DNA of 64,000 bases from Amphiscolops sp. MND2022 (taxonomy: Eukaryota): the NCBI GenBank assembly GCA_964187785.1, contig OZ076409.1, positions 58,840,001 through 58,904,000 on the forward strand, in the 5' to 3' direction. A program made the translations under genes and the position numbers. The notes below the pieces were generated by a model. That model made no database searches and was not told where the DNA came from. It saw nothing but the letters and a program-made list of their open reading frames with translations. Below are positions 1-11,039 of the stretch, piece by piece; positions within the stretch are counted from its first letter, which is position 1, and each line of letters opens with the position of its first letter.

Positions 1-519
1 GGCACATTATTTTTTGGCTCATATAAAACTTTTTGCTACCAGAAACTTCCAATACACTAAGAGGAGACCCTTTGTTGAAAAGGCCCAGAGGTTGAATTCA
101 GAATCACGGAAACGTCCTTCGTATCGCCAGTCACCGCGCTCAGAAATAAGGTCTAAGAAAAAGTTACCTTGTAATGTTATTTGTAGGAAATAGTTGACCT
201 TGAGAGATTACTGCAAGGAAACAGTTAACCTGGCAAGATCTTTGCGAGGAATACGTTTTTTTTTCAACAGGGTACGTTTTTTACGTGTTCTCGTTTTATG
301 CGACAAAGCTCAAAACCTATTCAACGTTTTCGTACGACCAGGATAAGTTTAATCGTTTAAATACTGTAATATTTTCCCATCTACCTCACCGAAATTCAAT
401 TTTCTGATGAGGCTCAACAGTGGACATATTTTTGTCGAAAAACGCCGTCTAAAATACTTCAGCTTCTTTTCAAAAACAAAGGAAATGAATATCATAATTT
501 AGTTGACAGCTTTAAGTTA

Positions 520-760
520 CCCGGGTCGACCCTCCATGGATATCTTAGTAAGATCTTTGCAAGATCTTGCCAAGATCTTGGAAAAATCTTAGCTAAGATC
601 GTGACAAGATATTGCCAAGGATTGCAAGATGCCATGGTAAGATCTTATCAAGAGAGCCATGTTTCCAAGAAAAATCTTACTAAGAAGCCCAATATGGCAA
701 GAAAAATCTAAGAACCGAGCCGAATATCACAAGAAAAAAATTGTTACGAACTGCTCGATA
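520..760. mobile_element. Left end of a CCC...GGG-terminated DNA transposon/MITE with (T)CTTGCAAG(A) subterminal repeats
   Basis: TA|CCCGGGTCGACCCTC at 520 is followed by many AAGATCTTG/CTTGCAAG units. Its perfect 15-bp inverted copy is at 8213-8227. A diverged same-orientation left end starts near 5303. Confidence 0.6.
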
Positions 761-1589
761 TCGAGAAAAAGTAGAATCAGAAAACCATTCAATTAAGAGT
801 TATGGAAAAATAATATAGACATCACCCAAAACAAAATTACTGAATGATTTTTACAACCATTTCGATATCGATATTGTTCTTTCAATTGCAAAACTGTCGC
901 CAACAACGGCGTCAGAAAAGCCTTGAGCTGAATCATTACCCAAATTAGAGCAATGACCGCCGTTTCTAGCAGTAATAAGGCTGCTGAAACAGGCTCAAAG
1001 AAAGCTGGAAATATGATTTTTACAAAAGTTTCAGGATTTTAAGGTCTTTCCTTTGTAACTTTTCGATAGTCGGTCTGGACGTTTGAGAGCATATTTCTCC
1101 GCCTCTTCGAATCTGGAATCATGTTATAACCAACCGTTTGTAGACTTTCAAGCTTTCCGACTGATTGAAGAACCTCGGAAGAATCCATCAAAAACAAACT
1201 TTCCGTGACACGTTTTCTTGCCTATATAAACTTTTACTTTATACGAATATACGTGCCATACTAAATGGACACGAAAAATGTTCACTGACTCTGAATCAAA
1301 ACTGAATCTTGTTAAATTCTAGTTTCCAGGAGAAACGTAATGAGAATTTTTATTCACTATAGCGAAAATGGTGAAGTAAATGCCCGATTTAGTTGAGATA
1401 CTTTCACACAACATAAGATATGCGGAACAGAAGAGCTGAATGGTCTCAGAGAATATAAATTTTCTAAAACTGGTTCAATTTTGATTGACGAAATGATTGT
1501 TATTGTAGAATTATTTTGTTTCAAGAGGAAAAAGGTATAGAAAGGCTCCTATTTGTTTCTCCTCTATCAGATGTCATGGATCTTCGTCA

Positions 1590-1658
1590 TCAATCAAGTT
1601 TCATGTGTTTCATCATGTTGGGGGGAGAAGACACACACCTGTGGTCTGCAACGGGCTC
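1590..1658 (-). CDS. Putative terminal coding exon of an unidentified gene (EPVADHRCVSSPPNMMKHMKLD*)
   Basis: Minus-strand acceptor GCTATAG| gives a phase-0 frame to TGA. Sequence is more GC-rich than its flanks and joins in frame to the 2000-2047 exon. No recognisable domain. Confidence 0.4.
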   Translation of the reverse strand, partial: EPVADHRCVSSPPNMMKHMKLD

Positions 1659-1999
1659 CTATAGCAACGCAAGTTTTCTCAACAAAATAAAATTGGAAGC
1701 TTTTCACTGTTGTTCAATGTAAAAGATAGGATTATATCGACATCAATTATAATATTCGACCGAAATTTCATAATGGTATTTGAACCTGGTCCATTTTCCG
1801 TGCCTGAGGGGTGGGGGCGAGAAACATGGTCCACCTTTTTTTCGTCTAGTTCAACTCGCTTTATGTTTTGTTTTGGTTTCCGAAAAATGATATAACATAA
1901 AGTTTGTTTCCCAATGCTGTGGGGTGGACGCTGAATAGACGTCCTGCTTTTCAACTCTGCGTCCTTTAGGATATATCTCCCCATAGTAAGCTATGGTAC

Positions 2000-2047
2000 C
2001 TCATCCTGGGTGTCTTGCCCAGAGCCCTGGTTGATGGGGAAGTTCTG
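2000..2047 (-). CDS. Putative internal coding exon (QNFPINQGSGQDTQDE)
   Basis: Pyrimidine-rich tract then CAG acceptor; GAG|GTACC donor; GC-rich; phase 0, compatible with the 1590-1658 exon. Confidence 0.4.
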
Positions 2048-3773
2048 CTGATTTCGTGGCAGTTGAAAGAGATTGTAAAATGAAATACTTTATTCGGCAA
2101 TGTTGATCACTTTACACAGAGTGATACAAAAGAGTTACAGGAGGTTTTGCTGACAATGTTATGTTATAGACAATGAATAAAGTGAAAGGACAGACTTTCC
2201 AGGCATTTTGATTTGTTATGAATGAAGAAAATGACTATCTTTTTTATGTGAAAATAGCGTCTTTACTTGAGCCTCTTTTTCGCGCTTATGCCCTAGACAG
2301 AAGGTTTTCCTACTGTTCGAAAATACCAGTCGGCCAAACCTATTTTGTACCGAACTTTCTTTTTAGTGTACTGAAACGGTAAACATTTGTGACATAGCAT
2401 TCAGACATAGACTTTTGAGAAGTTGAAATGAAAGGTTCGAACCGAACTGTCAAAGTTTGAAGATCAATAACATTCGCAAAAAGGACAAGTTCGAGCAATC
2501 AGTTCGTTGCTCTTAGCTGACGGCATTGCGCTCACTTGCCTTTGTTGTTTCAGACGTGTTAGCAACATCTCTCGATTGTTGATGTCACGTAATCGAAACA
2601 GCTTTCTAACGATGGGAGAACAACGTTACAATAATGGAAGAACTACTAAGTGAACCAAAAAAACGTCACGCACAAAAGTTTTTCGTCTCCAAAATCGTAT
2701 TATTTGCAAACAAGAGACTGAAATTCTACCAATTTTCTGTCTATCGTTTAAATTGAAACACTTGTCACAATTGGTAACAATTACGTAACCAAGTCTTCAA
2801 CTGAAGATGGTTCAAAACCTCCAGAAAAAGTCTAGACATATGTACCAGTCGTTTCTTTCTCAGTTTTGATTTGCGGAATTTCTTTTGTTTCGAAGAAAAG
2901 TTGCCAATTTGAACGATTGATAACATCGTTCGATTTGTTGTGGAACGTTTGTTTACAATTATATAAAGCTTCGAGATCTGAAAATATTTGCATTCCGTTT
3001 GTTGGTTCACCTCGTATGATTCAACAGCAAACAATGTTTGTCAAATTAGAATAACTTTCTCCGAACAGCACCATTTTCACAGCCAAATGGTCAAGCAATG
3101 ATGGGCTTGAAGATGTGGTTTTAAAAAAAGTTGCTCAAGGCCACAAATGTCTGACTTTTTACCGTTGCCTTTTTTATTTTGCATTTTCTCCGTCAAATTC
3201 GGTATTTTTGGTCATTGACCATACTACCAAGCTACTGATGAAGGAGTTGCTCGATGTTTAAATATGGTGAGTTGAGAGAGATTCGAATCTCGAACCTGAT
3301 ACCGTCCCAGTACAGTTGGAATGCTTTAACCGCTACACAATGCTCCCTCTTTAGAAAAAAACCCATGAATTCATGGTTTGTTCCTAAATAGGCATCATTT
3401 AGCTTCAAGACGCTCAACCTTTAGAATCCCGGATAATTTCTGAAAGTCAAAACCGGATCCCAAAAACAATAATTTCACCAGTGTGACCTAATTGATCCCA
3501 TTTTTTTGCTAATAATGCAATCAGACTACTAATTAATCTCATTTTCTTTCTCTCAGGAAATTTCAGTCACGGCTACCTAACGCCAAAGTGATTGCATTAT
3601 TGATGAGTTGAAACTGGATACTTCTCCTATACTTGTTTTGTCTTTCCTTTTCTCTGATTTTGACTTACTATCATCCCATCCGCTTTATATCTTCCGCATT
3701 CTTCCCTGAGAGACACCTAATTCAAGTTCGATAGCTAACTTAATTCATCTCATTGATTGCGGTCGGATAGAAA

Positions 3774-5261
3774 CCCTAAGTTACAAGTATCACAAATCTT
3801 GCAAAATACTTCCGAAATTCTTGCCAACTTTGCCTTTCTTACAAGAATCTCACAAGTTTGTACAAGAATAGCAAATTTTGCAATATTGTTACAATGTCGA
3901 ACATTTTTGACAAGATTTTGGTAACATTTCTGGAAAAATTGCATTTTCCCGTAAAAAATTTTTACAGAAAATGCGATGTGTAATTTTGACTAAAATTTCG
4001 TTCAAGACGGTATTATTCGTTGAATTTTGTGTCTTTTTTGAATAACATCTGTATTAAAAGGACTAGAATAACGTCTAAAATTACCGTATTTTGGTAGAAT
4101 CGCGTGTAATCACTATTTTTGTGGGATTGCGTCTAAAACACTTTTTTTGGGAATAAGTCTACAATCACTGTTTTTGCAGAATAACGTCTAAAATCACTTT
4201 AGTTTGGTAGAATAAGATCTAAAAACACTCTATTTTACTGGAATAACGTCTGAAATTACCGTAATTCGGCAGAATCACGTCTAAAATTACTATTTTTGTG
4301 GGATAACGTCTAAAATCATTTTATTTTGGGAATAACATCTGAAATCACTATTTATGCCGAATAACGTCTGAAAATACTTTATTTTGGTAGAAAAAGATCT
4401 AACAAGACGGGAACGTCTAAAGTCGGCGCTATATCTAAGGCTCAAAAAGCTCAGAGTTTTCTAAATATGCCCAGGATGTATTCATGAAAAGCTTTGAAAA
4501 CACTTTCGAGACACCCAAAGTGTGCCTTGCATGCTCGATATGACTGGAAAATCACTTTTCCCGACTCGACTGAAAACAAAAAAAATTTTGAAAATTTTTT
4601 TGAAAAATTTTTTGAAAATTTTTTTTTGAAAAAACTTCGAAAACGTCGCATAGTGCCGAAAAATGAAAAGGGGGGACCCTTTGGGATTCATTAACATACA
4701 TTTTGTTGCAAAATATCAAAAAATCCGAAGGGGGGACTCTTTTGAAAAATTAAAAATTTTCGAAAAAAAATTCGCACAGTGCCGAAAAAAAATTGAAAGG
4801 GGGGACCCTTTGGAGTCTTCCGGTTTTGTAGGTTACGTGAAAAAGGTTAAAAACGAAAGGGGGGACCCTTTGCAGTAAGTTTGCATTGGTCGAACTAACC
4901 TGAGTGAACTTATCAGTTTCTGTAAAAAGTGGTACATACGCGATGAGCTCTGTGGTCTGACGAAAAAAAAAAGAAAAAAAAACTAGCCACTGTAATAGTC
5001 GGGCTTTTTTCCTTAAAGGAAAATGCGCCGACTAAAAACACTATATTTTACTGGAATAACGTCTAAAATTACAGTATTTCAGTAGAATCATGTCTGAAAA
5101 CACTTTTTCAGATTTATGCTTTTTTGTAACATTCCGAGCAGAAAAATGCAATTTTTGCATGATTTTTGCAAGAGTTAGATTCCAAAAATGCATTTCTTAC
5201 AAAATGTTTTCAAGAATTCTCGTAAAAATTTTGCAAGAGTTGTAATTTTTGTAACCTAGGG
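3774..5261. mobile_element. CCC...GGG MITE with CTTGCAAG subterminal repeats and an internal ~30-33 bp minisatellite, interrupted by a Helentron-like insert
   Basis: TIRs CCCTAAGTTACAA / TTGTAACCTAGGG with AA on both flanks. Internal units resemble GAATAACGTCTAAAATCACT..TTTTGG (about 4030-4400 and 5039-5105). Confidence 0.7.
4401..5038 (-). mobile_element. DINE-1/HINE-like (Helentron-associated) non-autonomous element
   Basis: One end is AACAAGACG-GGAA-CGTCT (hairpin) next to AGTCGGCGC. The other end is AGTCGGGC...GCGCCGACTAAAA (subterminal inverted repeat plus nearby partner). It sits in an A-run of the minisatellite with no TSD and has internal GGGGGACCCTTT repeats. Confidence 0.7.
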
Positions 5262-5671
5262 AACGTTCAAAAATCAAAAAGTTCAGCATTTTCGAATCAA
5301 TACCTAGTTTGACCCTCCATTGAGATCTTAGCAAGATCTACGCAAGATCTTGTCAAACTCTTGGAAAGTTCTTAACTAAGATCTTGCAAACATACTGCCA
5401 AGAATTGCAAGAGGTCACTGTAAGATCTAATCAAGACAGGCATGTTCCCAAGAAGCCCAACAAGGCAAGAAAAATATTACTAACAAGCTCGAAAGGACAA
5501 GAAAATTTGCTACGAACAGCTTGATGTCGAGAAAGAACGTAACCTCGGAAAAACAATAAAATAAAAGTTATTGAAGAAGAATCTTGAATTCACTCAAAAC
5601 AATAGAAATGCAGGATCTTCTTCACAACAACTAATAACAAAAAACATAAAAAGACACTGATTTAATTTTAA

Positions 5672-6060
5672 AAAGAAGGGAAAGTCTAAGGTCGGCGCTA
5701 TATCTAAGGCTCAAAAAGCACAAAAATTTTTGAAATCGAGAAAACCAAAATTTAAGACGTATAATATGCTTTTTGAGAAAACTCACAATGCCGAAATTCG
5801 TTAAAGGGGGAGGGGCCCTTTGGGGTTTTGGAAATTTCTGTTTGTTGTGAAATCTAAAAAAAATAGAAGGGGACTCTTTGTTGACAAAAAAGTTTGTAAG
5901 CCATAGAGAGCCGAAAACATTCATAGGGGGTGCCTATAGTCTCGTCCGGTTTTGTAACTTTTGATAAAAATGGAACAAATGATAATGGGACCCTTTGCAC
6001 TAACTTACACGCGTTTCAGCTTGCCGGTCCAGTAGTTTAGTAGTTGAGTAAAAGTGTCCA
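5672..6060 (-). mobile_element. Partial copy of the same Helentron-like family
   Basis: GTCTAAGGTCGGCGCTATATCTAAGGCTCAAAA head, plus GGGGGCCCTTT/GGGACTCTTT internal motifs. Confidence 0.65.
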
Positions 6061-7959
6061 CTACTCATACATTCTCGTATCTGACTGTGATATTCTTCCT
6101 CAATAGGGTTTTCGTTTATGAGTACTTTCTCATTAGGATCTGGTTCATTCCGTAACATTGGTCTTACTGGCTGTATCAAATCCCTCATTAGAGAGGCCCT
6201 GGGAGGACAATCTTTGTCTTTTTTATCCGATGCGCGAACTCCTATAGACTTCCTATTTTTGGATCCCAAAGGTAGTACTTTTTGTGCTTCGTTTATATCA
6301 GACCTGTGCTTTGTTATTGTTGAGGTGCTTTCCTTAAGGATCGTTTCAAATTTGTCTCCAATCTCTTCTCTCAATATCAAAAGTCTATCATTGGTCTATT
6401 GTTCTAGGATCTGCGTCCAAACTTATTTCGTTACTGATCGAACGGGGTTCAGTCTATTTGGAACCTAAGTTGTTTTCCTCCAAAGATTCCTAGTTTTCAA
6501 AACTAGCATTAGTTGAAGTTATTTTGCCTGGGTTTGGAGTTTCTACTTGTAGTTCACTCGTCCCCCTTCCTGCGGATGTAAATTCTTACCTTCTAGATCT
6601 ACTGTTGCGTCTATTTCCAATTTACTGAGTGAAAGTCAATATTGGTGCTGCGAGAAAAATTTCAATTGTTGATTGAACGATGTTCTATCGAATAAAAGAA
6701 GGGTAAAGTACAAATGGGTTGTCAGTTATATTTTTCAAAAAAGGTTGAATGAGAAAGGCAACTGCTCAGTGTGATGGTTTTTCAAGATGTGGAAATCCTA
6801 TTTCTAGCGCGACTTGTATTTTTTGAAGCAAGATACTCAGTTTTCGTTATATCATAGGGATATAAAGAGAATTATGACAACTAGTGTCATCCTATTTACA
6901 GGTAATGATTATACAAACACATGACAACGAAATAACAGTATAATACATGAACAAACATGGAACATCAATAAAAACGTATTGTGACGCATACTAGTTATCC
7001 ACATTTTAGTATATCAACGACTTAATGAGTTGTAGAAAATCGTATGCTAATATACGACCAGACCCCATAGTGACGTAGTCATTGTACTGGAAAATGTATA
7101 ACACCTCAAATTCATCATTCTTCAGAATGTATTTTGCCGTATATTCACACGTTTTCAAAATGTATAAGGACGCATTATCTTTCATTGTAACATGCATGTT
7201 GATGTCACAACACACTTTCAGAAAACGTGTAGGGACGCACGATTCATTCAAAGTCATTCCGAAATCATAAACTCAATTCAATTCGTTCACATGGGCAATC
7301 AGCATTATTCATCAAAATACTTCACTTATAAAAGGTCCTCAGCATTTGTAACATAGAGTGCGTAATATTTTGTTTGTTCAGCTCCATTATAATGAGTTCA
7401 GGAAATAAAAATTTGAATAAGCACGAACAAAAGGTATAAATTAAAGTTTTGCTGGTGGCTACGTTTGTGTACTTTCTATGTCTGGTAGCAGATGTTTTCC
7501 GTCAAAATTGCCTCATGAAACCAGCGCAGTCTTGTTGCTGCGAAACTGACGAAGAAAAATTGCTACTATTATTCGGGCTTTTTTTGTTAAAGGAAAATGC
7601 GCTGACTAAAAATCACTGGAAAGGTATCAAACACCATCGAAATCACATCTAAACGTCTTTAAAGGTATCGAAAACGTACTGGAATAAGTACTGGAAATCT
7701 ACTGTACTGGAAATCTAAAAGAACTGAAAAAACACCGAAAACCATTAATTTAGAACTACAAAAATTAGAATAAGGACTAAATTCTTTGGAATTAAATCTA
7801 ACTTTGCCCAAAGCGACATTATTTTCTCCAGTTTTAGCCTGAAACGCTCCGCAAAAAGCCTCGTATGTCTCTTCTCATTCACTGTAGCAAGATCTAAAAT
7901 CACTGGAATAAGGACTGAAACCACTGGAAAAAGATCTAAAACTCCTCAGTACGCAGTAC

Positions 7960-8227
7960 GACGATGACTTCTTCGATCTCATTCCAGAGATTTTCTGTTT
8001 TTCGATAGAATTGTCATACGAATGTAACAGTTTTTCTAATTATCGGTCGAAATTTTGAACTCTTAGAATTTTTGCATCTGAGTAAGATTCGGCCTTGCTA
8101 TCATGATACTCCTCAGTAAGATTTCAGTGAAAAGCTTGCCATGGGATTAGTTGTTGCCAAGATGTAGTAAGAACTTGGCAAGATCTTGCCATTGCAGTCA
8201 AGATACTAGGGAGAGGGTCGACCCGGG
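7960..8227. mobile_element. Right end of the CCCGGGTCGACCCTC family element
   Basis: CTTGCCA/CAAGATCTTG units end in GAGGGTCGACCCGGG|TA, the inverted match to 520-534. Confidence 0.6.
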
Positions 8228-8640
8228 TAGCTCTCTGCTTCAGAATCATATATAAGAACTATCAACAAAACGAAGTTGCAGAAACCACTGGAAAAATTTA
8301 TTCAAATGCCAGAAATTTACATTTTTTAATTGCACTTGGAAATCTACGACTTTTCTTTTCGCTTATACATTTTATTGTATTGTCTTTGAAGTTTCGGAAA
8401 TATCGTGGAGCTGATCGGTTAAGATTTTGCTAAATGGTTGGAAAAACTGAAATGTCATTTTCTCGGTCGATTGTTCAAAAAAAAGAGCTCTCGTTGTAAA
8501 TCAAATCTTCAACTATGAATGCGTCACGTATGGCCAGAACCTGACAATCAAATCAAAACTAACTGAAATTAGACAGTAGGCTTTAACGTTTACTCATTAA
8601 ATGGTTAAATAAGGCGAGACGTTTTTGTATAATTACAATA

Positions 8641-8734
8641 TGGGGGAAGATTCAATGCGGGGTGAAATGATGCGGGATGAAATGAATGTGGGGTGAAATG
8701 ATGTTGGTTGAATGAATGTGGGGTGAAATGAACG
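8641..8734. repeat. Short tandem repeat, ~15-16 bp unit (TGGGGTGAAATGAATG-like)
   Basis: About six degenerate units visible directly. Confidence 0.8.
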
Positions 8735-10003
8735 CACACAGTCAATCCGATCAACTATCAGTCAGAACGTGGTCTAGCTGTTTAAGAGTTAGGGAAGTGA
8801 GAGCATGTGAAAAAAATCTCTTCGTTAATGATTTAATTATAAAGGATACTAGTTTGTTTTAAAGCCAAAGAGCATGCAATTAAATTTTGATTAGTTGACT
8901 CCGTTCTACTTTTTTTGAAGAATCACCAAAGCTACGTGGTTATAAAAAGGCAATATTTCAGTCGTAATTTTGTGAAAGTTTAAATTACAGGGAATTGAAA
9001 TTGTTTCCGAAAGTAAGGTCTTTCCTGAAATATTTTTCAAGTTGAAATAGAGAAGAGAACCGAATCAAGACAAAATTTGACGATTGCATTTTTTGTGATT
9101 TGCGTTCAGGTTTGAGAGATGTTTGCTTCCGGAATTTTTTGCCCATTTACATATGCAAAAAAAATTCGTTTTAAAAATTTTTGGCTGTAATTTTAGATGC
9201 CTTCAGCTTTTTGATACCATTATGTATTTCGACAAAAATTAACGATGTGTCATCTACAAAAAATATACTTGGAGTTTTTCGCAGTGCGCCAATATACAGG
9301 AAGATCGGATGTATTCATTTGGCTTTTTGGCCAAATAAGCTATTCATTTTTAGTCAATACTTTCTGATTAGATGTAACAGAATCTTACTGTACCATGTTT
9401 TACTTCGTCAGATGACCGGTTTCACACTGAGTGATCCAATTGTATAGATTTTTTGTCGCCTTAGAAATTTATAAAAGGAATAATTACCAAAACACATGAG
9501 ATCAAACTGTCCTCTTTTGATTTATTTTGCAAAACTACTTTTTCTAAATCACGGAAAAGTCCTTTTCAGTTTTCTGATGTTTTCAGTTCGAAAAAGTTTT
9601 TTCTCGACATTTTGTTGGCATGGAGATTTTTAGTAACATTCTTAAAACATATTCTTAGGCGGACGTCGACTCGCAACTTTTCCTAAAGCTCTTGTGAGGA
9701 ACTATAAACTTCGAAAATTCGAAGAAAATGTCCCAGCGAGCATGGCCTCCAGATATTTTTTGTCCATTTGAGAAATTAAAACATTGATTGAGAGCATTCT
9801 TAGGTTCTTTTCAATTATTTTTGATCCAAGTAAAGAATCTTTGAAGTATCCAAAACTATTCCCATTTTGGCTTCCTTCTTTTCCTCTACGCATAATTTAC
9901 CCCTTCGGTATCTTTTCTCTACACATAAATCAACAAAAACACAGTCTCAAATTTTCAATATAAGTGGATTCTTTTTCAATCAATAATGAAATGCCACTGT
10001 AAG

Positions 10004-10890
10004 CCCAGTGTAAAAACTCTTGGATCTCTTGATAAGAATCTTGGATATTCTTGGATTTTTTGGTAAGAATCTTGTCAAGACTTACCAAGAAATCCAAGAA
10101 TTTGCAAGATCTTGCAAGATCGTGCCAAGAAATTCAAGAAATCCCAAGATTCTTATCAAGAGATTCAAGAGAAACCAAGAATAGGCAAGAAAATGCAAGA
10201 GGGTTCAAGATTCCCGTTTAGAACCTCAGTCATCATAAAGCCTTCAGAAGTCTCGGCAAATGAGCTAAAGTAATGACCCAAAAGGATTGAAAACAATATC
10301 CAATTGGTATGTATCAGGGATCTAAAAAATACCTGTTTCAGACCCAAAATTTATCATGAAAGATCTAAAAATGCAGCTGAAGTTGGTAAATCATTGTGTT
10401 TTGCACTCACAATTGCAAATTAAGATCTGAATTAAGCAAAATAATGAGCTAAATGGATTGGAAACAAGATTCAATAATTGGTATACATCAAGGATGTAAA
10501 AATACAAGTTTCAGACCCAAAATTGATCTTGAAAGATCCAAAACGATGCAGATGAAGTTGGAAAATTATTGAATTCTGCTTTCTCACAATTGGTCTTCGA
10601 AATTGGCCGTAAATTGGCTGACAAAAGGGTAAATTTTATTGATTTTTCCATAACATGGCCCAAAATTACTGTAAACAGGCCTAATTCAACAATTTGTGAA
10701 ATCGCACTAAATTTTGAACTAATCGAAAATTTCACGTCCCGGATTTCTTGGCAAGATTCTTGTCGAAAAATTCAAGAATTTTTGGAAAAAGTAAGACTTT
10801 CCAAGATCTTATCAAGAAATTCAAGAGGTAGCAGGATTTTGTAGGAAAATTCAAGATCTTGGTAAGAAATCCAAGGGTTTTTACACTGGG
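10004..10890. mobile_element. CCC...GGG MITE with 2-bp TSD (AG)
   Basis: TIR CCCAGTGTAAAAAC / GTTTTTACACTGGG; CTTGG/CAAGA subterminal arrays; AG on both flanks; diverged internal ~180-bp direct repeat (about 10250-10430 vs 10430-10610). Confidence 0.75.
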
Positions 10891-11039
10891 AGCTCTCTTT
10901 TTCAGAGTTTCAGAAAAATGCCTCTTGCAGAAATAAACGATAAGACTGAACGTGCATTCGACAAATATTTTCAGAAGCAGAAGTGTCTCGAACTTCATTC
11001 CTATTTTTTGTCGGACAGAAAATAAAATCACGCCTTTTT

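Noticed and set aside
4030..5105. ~31-bp periodic repeats resembling a CRISPR array
   Set aside because: Units are contiguous and degenerate with no unique spacers, there are no cas genes, and the context is eukaryotic.
6000..6380. 126-aa minus-strand ORF
   Set aside because: No recognisable motif, its end runs into a repeat, and there is no clear splice structure; possibly a TE relic.
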